64,000 bases of DNA from Paragordius varius (lineage: Eukaryota > Animalia > Nematomorpha): assembly GCA_964247055.1 (NCBI GenBank), contig OZ176051.1, positions 3,720,001 to 3,784,000 of the forward strand, read 5' to 3'. A program made the translations under genes and the position numbers. The notes below the pieces were generated by a model. That model made no database searches and was not told the origin of the DNA. It worked only from the letters and a program-made list of their open reading frames with translations. This document shows positions 28,788-42,800 of this stretch, one piece after another. How positions within the stretch are numbered: position 1 is the stretch's first letter; every line of letters begins with the position of its first letter.

Positions 28788-29537
28788 TCACGCTTTATGT
28801 TTTAACCTAAAATTTCCATAACGAGCTTGCTTTTGATTCGTATAATTTGAGGATTGCTCATTGTTTTGTAAGCCTGGTTGTTGGGCGGCTAACTGTTGCC
28901 AACCAGGGTTAATATGGCGTTTTCTCCTCCAATTTCTTTGGGAATTAACCCCATAATAATCTTTGAACAGGTTGTAGCATACAGCACCATTTGTAACACC
29001 ATTATTACTTTGACTGTTATCGGCTTGTAGTAATCCAATTTGAGTGTTTTGAAAATTAAAAACTAAATATATATTATGATAATCAAACGTATTCGAGTTG
29101 AAATTTTGTGATTAGAATACAAAGATAATTAAGTTAAGAGCTAATACATAAAATAAAATAAATTATGACTTATATTAGATAGTTCACGATCTAAGGGACG
29201 TGATGTGTCTATAATGGCATAACATCCTTGAATTCGCAATAAATCTGGTGTACTTTGATCTGTTTAATAAAAAAGAGCTAATAAAAAAGTAAAAACTTGC
29301 CACAATAATACGATTATTTAGATTGGGTATTGTTGAGCCATTTTGCGAAACGATGCATTTTCCACAGTCAGGCCGATTCCAATAGTAATATCCTTTTGTT
29401 TAAAATATTTATTTATGCTATATGAATTAAGGAATACATTGATTTAAATTGATATATAAGTTATACATACCGTAAGCTTGAATATAATGAAGTTTAAATG
29501 CAAGGAATACAGTTAAAACCAAAATGATACAATACAT
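28788..29537 (-). CDS. Small secreted protein A, 175 aa, with a signal peptide and an RRKR cleavage site
   Basis: Four exons (29537-29471, 29392-29297, 29259-29170, 29062-28788) total 528 nt in frame: MYCIILVLTVFLAFKLHYIQAYG-YYYWNRPDCGKC...RPLDRE...CYNLFKDYY...WRRKR-HINPGW...HKA-stop. An alternative spliced 3' end is possible. Confidence 0.78.
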
Positions 29538-30144
29538 TAATTATATTTATATATAATTTGGTTTATTCAATAAGGAAAAAATTAAAAACTCAATTAGCTT
29601 AACCAAGTCACTTATTTGTTTTAGATGTGGTATATTCAATGATATAGGCGTGTAATTTTTATGTTTGATATGATGTTTATTTATTTGTTTAGCGACATCT
29701 AACATCCAAAAAAAATTCGACATATATCTATTTTTGTTGTTATCAGCCTTTTGTGACAAAATAATTTTGAAACAAATTTTTTCACGAGTATTGTGTGGGG
29801 GAAGGTCGTTCATACATTATTTGGTAAAACTAAACATTGATAGGGAATCAATTAATGAAATTCAATACTTGTGATTATAACGATGTTTTAAATTAAAAGC
29901 GAAATGTATCGTTAATAAATCTAAAATTGGAAAACTTCGAAATTTATATTTTGGAGGGGTATGACCGCTAATTAGTAAGCTCTATATTAAAAATATATAT
30001 TTATTAAAAATATTAAAAATTCGCATTTTTAGTGGCATCGCATTATATAGAACGAATGGTTTTACAATTTTAGAGTGTCATTATATCATTAGCTTGCTTC
30101 ATCATACTATATAATAAAGTAGGCTTCAGAAAAATTTTAATAAA

Positions 30145-30560
30145 CGGGGCGTCCAAAAAGGTGACCAACGTCGACTTCGTGACCGCGGCAGATCAAAGTA
30201 AATTTTGAAAATTTTAAGGAACGTAAGATTAAAATAAAAAAAGATTATTTTTTTAACCGTCCTACAATATTGTTTATTTAAATACAACAAGGACTATAAA
30301 AAAGTTAAGATTGCTTCATTTAAGGTAGCTAAAATCTTAATCCGGAACAATAAACCATTTCAAGATCATGAAATTTGGAAACAAGCTTTTATTAACGCTC
30401 GCTTGCGAAATATTGTTTTAAACTTTGAGAACAAACATAATATCATAACAACAGCAGGCCTATACATCATTTGAAATGTTGATTAAATTTTTAGCTAATA
30501 TTTCTGATCGCGAAAATATTTTTCAAAAAAAAGCGTGGTAATATATAATAAAAATGTTAT
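30145..30560 (+). mobile_element. Decayed hAT (Buster/SPIN-like) fragment
   Basis: TIR-like CGGGGCGTCCAA at 30145, then a transposase remnant KIASFKVAKILIRNNKPFQDHEIWKQAFI at about 30305-30395. Confidence 0.6.
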
Positions 30561-32032
30561 GGCGTAATCATGGCTTAATTTAATATTTCAGATTTTATGA
30601 TAGCAACTTTTGAAGCATATGTAAATAGGTAAAAGTTTGATCAAATATTGTTTGAATAACAAATATAGTTTATAATATATCAAAATAATTTGGTTTGAAA
30701 AATTTGTTACAAAAATTTAAACAGAATGTCCGAAAATCAACGATTTTTAGATTATAAGTAAATAATGTTGTTCTTAAATGACTCTTAAACAAAATGCCAA
30801 TTTTTCTTCCAAATATATTTTATGAGATCATTTTTGTGTGCAATATGATATCAAGCATTTTACATGTTCCCAGTAATGCTAAGTACTAAAAAAATGATAT
30901 CGTATTCATAAATTAATATTCTTTTGCAAAAAATTCTCGTTAAGCTATCTATTAAAAGGTGATTAATAATATTTTAGGTTGGGTGGCATTAAAAATATTA
31001 GGAATTGGATGTTTTGTAAGAGTAATATCCTATTTTAAACGTATATTTCACATGCAAAATTTATTGATGCTTATATTTATATATATAGATGGAAAACCAA
31101 ATTATACAATGCTATAAATGATAAAAAAATTCTGATTAAGATACATATTACAATATATTTTTTTCAGAAGTCGATATAATTGAAAGAAATAAAAATAAAT
31201 TATAATGAATATATTTATATTATATAATTTATATTGGGTTTGAAAAAAATGATCCAAAACTATTACAAGATTCTAGCAAATAGTGTAAAATGCGATGTAT
31301 GATAAATATAAATTAATTGATTAATGTTTATATTAAAATTTATTTGTAATATATTGTGTAAATTATAAAATGAGGTGATTAATTCGCTTTTTTGTCATTC
31401 TATTTTAAATAATAATTAATTTATTTAAACGAAAATTCTGATATAAAAATAAAATGTTTCAGTAGAAAAATTATATTCTCGGGGTTTTAATAGTATTTAT
31501 TCAGCTAGCTACTTTAAAAATAATTATTTTGGGTTATTCTTGCAAAATCCAATTTCACAAAAATATTTCAAAAAATAATATTTTCCAAGTCTCTTTGTGA
31601 AGATTGATTTATTAACACCACCCCCTAAAATTTCAGAATTGCGACTATATGTAAAAATAATATTATAAAATCTTGGACAAAATTTTAAGAAATAACAAAA
31701 TAGGATTGACCTGTATAAGAGCCTTAATAACAAAAAAGGCGTGGTGTATATTTTGTATGATATAATCTTCAAAAGCGCCATAACTTAAATAAACTTTTTG
31801 TTGTAATATGGAAATCCTACTTAGATATATTTATGTGATAGATAATTATGTAGATACGATATCGGTAAAATTTAAAATTTATAAAATTAGTGTTTTAGAT
31901 GATTGGATGTGAGATTGACTAACAAATATGTTGTTGTAATAATTTTTATATTGATGTCCATTTCCTTGTATCTTCGATAAAGTTTGCTGTTTATTATAAA
32001 TGCAAAATCCATAATTTTATTCAATATGCTTT

Positions 32033-33851
32033 TCACAAAAACGGGTTAGTAGGGGACACTGGTTTAACCATTGCAATTGAACGATTGTTGTAATTTGTGG
32101 CATTGAAACACGAAGACGATGTGTTGTTGTTTTGGGTATGGTTAAAGTTGATATGATTATCCCACCCATTAGTCTAAAGTATTACAAATCGGGTAAAATC
32201 AAATTTATTCAAGAATGGTGGGTAAAATTAACTAAAAATGTTACTTACATTTAGCAATAGAAGAGAGGTAAAGATGGTGCATAACTTTGATATTTATTCT
32301 CCATTTTAACTTTAAAATTAATTATTACAAAATTTTCGGATCTAAAAGGTCATAATTGAATGTAGTTTCCATTATATTATTTTACAGGCTTAAGTTGCAC
32401 TTAATTTACTGTTTCAGCCTTTTATCAAAAAATGAATAATAAATATCTTGAATTGAGAGGTAAAAATGGATGGTGCATAACAACTTTAAAGCTGTAACTT
32501 TGATATTATTCTTGATTTTAACCTCAAAATTAATTATTACTTAAAATGTTGGATCTTAAAGGTCACATAATTGAAAGTCAATAGTTTCCATTATATTATT
32601 TTACAAACTTAAGTTGCACCTTATTGTTTAAACATTTTATCAAAAAATGAATAATAAAATAATACTTACCACCATTTGAAAATCGCTATGTGATTTATTG
32701 TGATAATTGTTATTAGGATGTTGACCGTAATTTGGTGGATGGTTGTCATATGAGGTAACGTTACCCTCACCGTTGTTTGAAAATGATTCAAAAAAATTAA
32801 GTGCTTCTTGAGTACTTGAATCAGAATTATTTTGAGAATAATTCTTCTTTAAAGCAAACAAATCTATCTGTGGTTTTTGTTGTTTATGTTGTTGAGAGTC
32901 AGGCAAAGGCCAATACGATTTATCCATAATACGAGATGGGATAGGCTGTTCAATACCGTTAAAAGCTAAAAATATAAAACGAACATCAATTGTTAAAATG
33001 CTTATAAAAAATTTTGTGAAAATAGTATAAAACGAAATCAGTCTATAAATAATGGCAACAAAAATGTGTTGTGCAAAATTACACCCTTTATATTTATTAA
33101 TGTTTTCTTCCCAAACTTACTGGAATTAAACTGATATGTATACCATTTATACCTCAAATTCACCCTTGAACATGTTAAATTCGCCCTTGAACAATTGAAA
33201 TTTACCCTAAAAAAATTATGTGTTTTTGGATATATAAAAATTACCTATACTTTTTTATATTTTTAAAAAAAAATGTATGACATACTGAAAAAATAATAGG
33301 CTATGTTATATTAATGATAAAACACATAATTTATTTTTAGGGTAAATTTGAGGAGTAGATGGTATATTATAATCATTGTAAAGCTCGAGATATTCGTTTA
33401 TAAACCAAATCAAATTTCAAAGCGTTATTTAAATATTATAAAATAATTTAAATTTAAAAAACCTTTCTTATGCATTCGTTATTAATACAAAAATACCACC
33501 CCTGTTTTAATGAACAAAGATCAATATTAAATGTATATAATTTGAAAATATTTGATTTATAACTAAAAAATAAAAAATATAAATTTGCTCAAAAACAATT
33601 TCATGAATAAACCTCGAGATTCTAAAGTGGGAATACCATTCCTCAAACTGCCATTATATTGGTTTTGGCATTTTGATTTTGAATTAAACGATAAGTTTTG
33701 TGAGTTATTTGCCGAAGCCTGAGTAATAGAGTTCAATGTTGGATCAGGCCATACATTATTTTGGGTGATTTGTAAAGTGTGGTTGGTTAAAACATGTTTC
33801 GTAATAGAAACAGGTAGCGGTACCAAAAATGGATTTTTGATTGCTTAATTA

Positions 33852-33895
<44 letters not shown>

Positions 33896-36800
33896 AATGT
33901 TAAATAGAAAAATATATTTTATAAACGATTCTACTTTAAATATATATGGACATTCAATTTACCTTTTAAAAACCAAAGTCACAACTACTTAAAAGGTTAA
34001 AATTTAAAATTGATCATTTGTGACAATTGGTCATGACTTTTAGAGTAATATACATTGTACCCAATAAAACATATGATGCCGAAAGATGATATGAATTACG
34101 CATTGAGATACAAAATCAATCAATTCTTATGATTTTTAAAAAAAATAAATCATAAATTAATTTTTCTAAATATTATATAAATTTTTAATTAATCATCCTA
34201 AATAATTTATATATATCCTAATGATAAAAATGTTTCAAAAGACGGCTTAACTTAAATTAGCAGCGAATGATTTGTGTTTAAAGGAACTTTTTATCAAGTA
34301 TGTCTTACTCTATTTTAATTTGTTTGTATAATATTTTCACCGTCTTTAACATTTATACCCATAGCTAGTGCAAAGATACAGATTTTAATCTAAAAGATAA
34401 CTCAATTGACTTTAAAACAGATCATCTCTTTGATATTTACTAATAATAACCATATTTTTAATCTATATATTTATATAAAAATATGTTATACCTAGAAATG
34501 AAATAAAAAGTTCTGTAATAATATCATAATGTCCGATACTTAAACTTAATTTTAAGAAATATCGCCTAACCTTTTAAATCTGCGACAGATCCTAAAGTTG
34601 AATGATTCACATCATTACCAAAGGGTGGTAGTAGGGCAGAATTGTGATAATTAGTTGTTGTTCCAAAAAGTGCAGAGTCATCATTTAGCGTGTCTGAATG
34701 TATTTTTGTAGCGTGAAAAGCTTCATCCAACTCAGCCAAAGCACTGTATCTAAACATAGCAAGTATTGAAATAAAATAAGTTATTCAAAGAGTGTTATAT
34801 ACAACAAACTAAAACCAAATAAATGATATAGGGAAACCTTAAATTTCTGATTACAAGCTGTCAGGAGAAAAAAAAGTTAAAATAACATCAATTATTATCA
34901 AAGTAAATTTAAACCCAGAGACTGAAAAAGTTAATGCCAGAATAAGTTAAAACCAAAAGTTTTAATAACAATAATAGTATGAGTAATATATGTATTCAGG
35001 CGTTATGCATCTGACCCAGTAATAAAACTTGGTTGTTAAACAATAAACCCATGGCTAAACTGGTTAACACTAAAAAATAACATTTTAAAAGAATTCTTAA
35101 ATTCTAAAGAGATCATATAAAGTTATTCAAAAATGCGAAAACCTGGTTATTAATAACAACAGAAACCGGCTTTAAAGGCTGTAATCGAGGTTTAACATAG
35201 AGCTATGGTACATGCAAAATGTCCACATTAAACATATAAATAACTTTTTACCTTACAATTAGGATATAAGATGTCTCAAAACAATTCTGAATCAATAGTC
35301 ATTTTATAATATTCCTGCCATAAAATGTGCATATATTTTAAAACTCGTAATGTCAAAAAATACCTTTCAGCCGGTGGTACAGAAGTAGAGTGTAGGACTG
35401 AAATATTATTGTTGTTTAATGTATCTTTATTACATAAATTTGATGGGTTATTGGAAGACTGCGTAGTGGGAATTGAATGGATCCCATTTGTCAAAGTTGC
35501 TATGTGTCCACAATCAGCTAAACATTATCAATTTATTTTTTTAGAAGAATGATTTATATTCGGGCAAAATTTTCAATTTAAATAAGCAGTTGATGTACCA
35601 TAAAAAGTAATTTGAATATAATAGACAAATGATAAAAAAAACTACAAAAATTTTGATGATATTTACCAAATGGATCTGCAACATAGGGACCATCAATCAC
35701 CTTTTCATTTTCTACAGGCATATGTTCACCATGGTTTATTGCAAAATCATCTTCAAAATGTTGTGTTTGCCGTGTTTTATTATCAAAAATTTTATCAACT
35801 CTATCCTTACTACTATGATTTGTGATGATCGAATTATTTATGTTTTTGTTGGATGTAACTGATGATATTCCACCATTTGAACGCACAGAAATTTTGCGTT
35901 TTGTTAGGGGTTGATGGGGCGGTTTTAGGGCAAATAAACCATCTTGTGTCTATTATATTTAAAAATTAAACATAGATAGCTTAACTTTAAAATGTATTTG
36001 TATAAAGTTCCATGTTTTCCGATTTTACATTATAGAGTGTCACAAAAGTTATCATAAAATTTTTTTAAGGCTTCATGTCGTTATTTAAAATTCAAAGTTG
36101 TTAAAACTCCAAAATTTTATAACCACCACCAAATATACTATATATATCAAAAGAAATTTTCGAATCAAAACTTATCTTTATTATTTAAAAATTATTCCAC
36201 ATTAAAACTTAAAATTTTTTTTTCCCTAAATCCCCTTATAAGACAAAGTTTACCTTTGGTGAAAATGACGAAAGCGAAGCATAATCCGAATATGACGTAG
36301 AAGATGAAACAGATTTTTGGTTAATTTCCAATTCAGCGGTAGTACCATTTGAATGATCAAACGTTTCAGAAGAAGTTTTAAACTTTGTATTAATAATTAT
36401 CTCTCCGGAGCCATTTTGATGTTTTGTATCGCTATTTATTTTATCATCGTTATTGTCATTAGAGAAAAGTATATGAGTAAATCCAGAACTGTGATTATTA
36501 TTAACATTATTATTTAAACTGTTTAACGATGATGTTACACTATCCGATGAGCAATTCGAAGTTGGGATTGGAAGAACCGAACTGCCCAAAAATAATACAA
36601 AAATATGAATATTTTTTTTCTGAAAAAATTATGTTGGATATAAAAAATGGTGGCTAAAAATATAACTTCCTTTATAAACTTTAAAATTCCATGGTATAAC
36701 GGTAAATTTAATTAAATTATGGAACACATTAAACTGGCTAAATATTTACCATTATATATTGCATATTTTATAGGTTATACAATAATATATTTATCCTAAT

Positions 36801-39800
36801 TATCTCAATAACATATTCCATTGATTAAATATCACATATATATTTTTAAACAATTCTTTCTTTTTAATAGACAAATGATACTTTTTTACAAATATAAATT
36901 ATATTAAATGTTTAAATAATGGTTTTTATATTTTCAACAATACAGAATTGAAACACAAAAAAGTAATTTTACTATCAAAATGTATAAGATTTTGTTAATA
37001 ATTTGGTTAATATTCTACATATAAACATGATTGATCAACATTTCAATAATAGATAAACAATCTTTGTAAGACCAAAAATAATTGATTAGGCGTAGACCAA
37101 GACCATAAAAAGTTGGTATTAAAAACTATCCCCACAAAAATAACGAATGAATAAAAATAAGTCTTGATTCTCACCAATTCCCATTTTTCAGCGATGTTTC
37201 ATTGAGTGAAGTTTTACGATTCCTTCTGACCAAATAACAATCAGTCCCTGGTGTAGCGTTCAATGAAACTGTCTTTTTACAGGAATTAGAGGGCGGTGGT
37301 TTAGCTATATGAAAGGCGGCGGTTACACTTTGTGAATATGATGGTTGTTGCGTACATTGTTTAGTATTGTTGCTTTTGTGATAATTAGAAGCATAAAAAG
37401 GTTCCTCGGAATTTGTATCAAAATTATCTTCAAATGTTTCACCCAACATACCTCCACTAATATTATTGGTTCTTCCAGCCGATAATTTTTGATTTATGGT
37501 AGATTTTGTGCCAGATTGTTGTGATGGCGTTGGTGAAGGATTATGATCAAGAATGCAAAAACCATCCTCATCTGAAAAAATCGAAAGGCAAAAAATGGTG
37601 TAAATGGACGATTGGTATATATTTATTGTAAACATCAAATAAAGCTTAATGAAACTATTTAAGTATGTAAATAATATCTAAGGATGTTAATAGTTTTATT
37701 TCATAATAACAAATAACTCAAACTTACATAGTCCAAAACTAATTAGTTAAAGATATATGATTATGCAATCGGTATTATCATTCATTTATTTGCCGATTTA
37801 TGTTTAAATGATTAAACCTAACCTATCGAATATATTCAAAATTTATAAAAATAATTTTACTACCTGTAGAAACAAAATTGTTTGGTGAATTTGTCCCACC
37901 ATGACCATCATTGCCGGATGATGAAAGAAACATGGAAATTGAATCGGGAGCCCCTTTAACGTTAGCCAAATTAACTGGCATTTTTTTAGTTGACATAATT
38001 TGTAAACTTTTATTGCCTTTATGTTTCATTAGGGAATATGAACAACTTTTTTTGTTGTTTTCCATGTCATAATTTGTGTTTGTGCTGCCTTGATCAGATG
38101 AAGATAAAATTGCAAAAGACGAATTTGAAGTGGCGGATGTATTGGTTGATGATGAATGATTATCCTCGCCTCTACTCACCATTTGATTTTGGCCTAGGGA
38201 ATGAAAAATATATAATTTGTGAATATTTAAGTTTGAAAAAAAAAGTAAAAAATCCAATATGGAAACTGCAACTAAACACTATTAAAAGAATGACGGATAT
38301 GTTTCTTAAAGCTGATTTAGAATTGTTAAACTTAGGGTAAGGGGAATCTCTATACTACATTTTTATAACCCCGTATTTGACTAACAAAAAATCTAAAACT
38401 ATGGCATTTCTAGCTTACTAAGGCTAACTTAACGCTTAAGCCTTATTTTTTTGAAATTTCTGAAGTTAATTTGTAAAAAAATTGTGAATGTTTGGTAATA
38501 TATTTTAAATGGCAAGAATAATAATATACCCTAAAAAATAATACAGTGTAGTTTTAAAGTTTCATAAGGAAATCGAAATGGTTTTATAAAACGTAAAATA
38601 TGTATTACTGGGCTTACAAATTTTTTTATTTGCATAAAAATAAATTTTAAATAAAATCAAAAAATACTGCTAAATATTAATTTTTATAAAATAGTTTGCC
38701 GCAACCTTTCATTTTTAAGAGGAAATACGGACATGTTTAATTAATTACATTGATCATTATGCAATATAAAAATATTTTTTTAAAACAAAATAGTAATTAA
38801 GTCTATATTTTGAAGTATTCATTATTTGCAAAATTATACGGTAAAATATTGTTAATAATTTAGCAGACTCTCGCATCATTAATTAGCAGAAAAGTAATTT
38901 ACAATTTTTTTACTTTAGAGTTTAAATATGTTTTTTGGTCTTACGGTAAAAATTAAATTATACAAATAGAATGTAAAAACTTTAAGGCAAATATGTTTTT
39001 TAAAGACAACTATATTTTTGAAACCATGATTCTTTTTGACATAGCCTATCGATTTGAATTGTACAATAAGGATTAAAGGTGAATGTTAGTAACATTCTCA
39101 ACTATATATTTCTAAATTGTATTAGGAAATCAAAGCTGTGTCTTTAGTTTTTTTCCTGTATAATTTTAATTTTTAGCTATTTCGCATTATTATAAGCAGT
39201 ATTTTGCATTTTTTAATTTATTTTGCAAAATTTAAAGTAAAGAAAAAACCTGTATTGTGGCGTTCAATAATGGCAACATCGGTAGATGAAAATGAAGCAC
39301 TACTTCCAGTTTTAACTGACGTTTCACCGGACTTTTTATCTTTATGGAGTCCCACTAACTCTTTTTCCCGTTCAATCTAATAAAGTAATTAAATAATAAA
39401 AAAATAAAAATATTTAAGATTTCCAAAGAATATAAACTAAATTTAAAAAGAATTAAGCCAAATTTTAAATTTCAGAAGTGTCATTCAACACATGGCTCCG
39501 GGGCAGCATTTTATATATAAAAAGACTGATAGAGCCATATATGTAAAACATACAATTTACAATTCAAATTCACCCTTGAAAAATTCAAATTCACCCTAAC
39601 TATATATTATGTGTTTTCGGGATAATATAACTCATCATTAATATGAAATATATTTTTACGACATAGTATCTTATTTTTTTAAGCATTATATTGATTTTAA
39701 ACAGAATTTCATATTTTATAAATATCATAAAATAAAGGTAAGTTTTAATCTAAAAAAACACATAATTTATTTTGGGGTGAATTTGAATTGATCAAGGGTG

Positions 39801-42800
39801 AATTTGAACTCATCAATAAGCAATTTATTACAATTTAAACGTAAAAGTGTAAAAATGATGCAAGCACAATATAAGTCCTAGGGTTCACCAACTTTTTTAG
39901 TTTTACTAATTGTCAAGACTTGTTCAAAAAAATTGTTAAACAAATATTAACTTTCTAAAATATCTATATTTTGCGACCAATGGTTTTTATCAAGACTGTT
40001 GATTTCATATTTTGTAAATTTTAAATAGTCCCAACTTTCCCGTTCAATCTGAGCGAGTGTTTGATGTTTAAATTACAATATTTGGGATTATTTGGACTGA
40101 AAATTATAATTAAATTGATAGATATAATAAAGTTTAACATTACTGGGTGTGCAAATTATTTTTTTACAAAATTAGGTGGGAAAAATTAATATATATATAT
40201 TACATTATATAGTATTTATCATGTACATAAAAGAAAATTAATTTGATATAATTATGAGTAATTGATGAGTTATTTAGGGTCAAATATGGTATGTATTTTA
40301 ATGGTTGCTTATTTTACACACTATAATTGGGTATTTGCAACACAGTAGTGTATGGAAAAAAACAATAAAATGTTGATTAAACAATTATTTCTTTCCTTTT
40401 TTCCATACACTACTGTGTTGCAAATTGCCCAATTATTAGTGTGAAATAAGCAACCATTAAAATGCATAAGGTATATCATAGTGCTACCTATAAAATAAAA
40501 AAATAACCAAATTCGTATTTATAAAAACCATTTATATATATAAATCATATATTTTACATCAAAAACATATTGCGTATGAAAAAGCGCATTTTCGGGGAAT
40601 AATTATTTTAATTAAAGTATAATAAATAGGATTTTGTTTCAACTTAATTTATAAATCTGATATATATATATCATCATATCAACATTTTGTTCAAATTTGC
40701 AAACAAATAAAACAAAAATTATTGTTACATTTGTAATCTTTAAATTTAAAGTTTGTTGGTTATTAACCTTATTTTTTATGCATCCATAATTAAATTTTAA
40801 TACAGCGAAAGAAAAGAGTTAGCTTATTCAATAGCCAGCTAAAAAGCTTAAAAAATGGAAAAATGCCATAAATTTTTAATGAATAAAACTCAGTATTAAA
40901 AAAGTATTTTTGAAACAAAAATTAAGAAATTTAAATTTCGGAATATTTAATTTAAAAAAAGTATAATTTTGCTAAATAATCCATTTCAGCACATTTTAGT
41001 TAAAAAATTAATTATAGAAAAAAACTTGAATTTTATTTTTAAAATATATATCCCGGCCATGTCCCTAAGAAAATAATTAGTTTTTCATAACATATTGATA
41101 TTCTACAAATATTTATTTTTAAAAAGTAAAAAAAATAAATTTTATAGTATTTATTAATTAAGAAAGCTTCTATAGGAGCTCCAAATAAACCATAAACTAT
41201 AGTTTATAGAAGAGTATGCTTAACTTTAAACAAACACTTAAAAAATAATAAGACCTTGTTTTAAACGATTTTTTATATTAAAAAGCTCAATAATATATAC
41301 TTTAAAAGAAAAAAAAATAAGATCAAATTTTTAAAAATTTTCATCAATTGTTTTACCTGTTGTATTAATTCTTCGGGTGCAACATACCACATTTTCTTTT
41401 CATATTTATCGATGAGAAATTCTTTTTGTCCTTCAATGCTTGAATGCTCATTCAAAAGATTGTTGTGTTGACTATCCGTTTGAGAATCGTACAGACCCAA
41501 CCAAATTTTTTGACAATACTTTATTTAAAAAAAACCAAAGATAATTACATATATTACAGTAAAAACTGAAATTATACGAACAAAACGTAAAAATATAAGG
41601 ACAAATATTTTTTCTAAACGACAACCATATACTTTTTGAATCTAGATTTATATTAATATATATCACTGTTTTAAATGGCAAAGTGTGAAATAGAGTTATA
41701 AGATACTACCACAATCAATTCTATATTTTACAATTGTAACTAAATAGCTTATATGAGAAAAAATAATGTTTTGAAAAGTATGGTTGTCTTTTAGAAAAAT
41801 ATATTTGTCTTTATATTTTTACGTTTTGTCCGTATAATTTCACTGTAAAAAAAATTTTGCTTTATAAATTATATTTTTGGTGGTGTAATACAATACATAT
41901 GGTGGTATTGCACACATACAATTTAAATTTAGATTTTGTTAGTAATTTATATTTTTCACATGATTAAAAATAAATATGGTATTATTTCGCAAATATATAA
42001 TACCTCTTTGTGTAGACAGGATATTAAACTCTTTTTTGTATAAAAAAAAATTTTTGGTTATTAACATAAATTTTAACCCTAAAGTTTTGGGGAGTCTTAA
42101 ACAAACTGCTTATGCATGCAAAAAAAACTTTAAAAAAGATTTTAATAAATGTGATATATATAAAATATAATAAAAATGATAAAACATTTAAGGTATGTAA
42201 AGGTGTATGCATACAAGTAATATTGTAATATATTTTATAACGTTTTTTTTTCAGCAAAAACATTAATTTTTATTTTCGTTTCCATTATGATGTCAAAGAT
42301 TAAAAAAGCGAAGCAAAGCACACATCAACTCATATTTTAAGTCTTTACAATGTTAAAAGTTCGCAGACTTTATATTATCATAAAAATATAATATATTAAT
42401 TTGACAAAGGTTATATATTTCATTAATTGCATAACAAATAAAATATATATATGTGTGTATATTAGGCCTTTTCAGATGGTTTATAGAAAAATAATAAAGA
42501 AATTAAAAAAATCCTATAAAAACAAAAGCATCAAAGTTTTTAGATATCTTATATTGGTCAATAATGAGAAAATTAAATATTTTGTGTATAAACAAAAATT
42601 ATATTTTTATTATTTTATAAATTCAAATAAATTACTGCGTTTCCAGTATTTTCCAAAAAGGTTAATTCTTTTTGTGAAAAAGTGGCCATTGAAATCGATT
42701 TGACGCGATGTGGCGGATTTAATCCCCTTCTAAAAAATTAGATATAAGTAATAAATAATTGGCACTTACATGATCCCACTGCATTTCATACAGATAAATG

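Noticed and set aside
33148-33215. Short 21-bp direct repeats that could suggest a CRISPR-like array
   Set aside because: Three adjacent units with no spacers, inside a foldback element arm in a eukaryotic intron.
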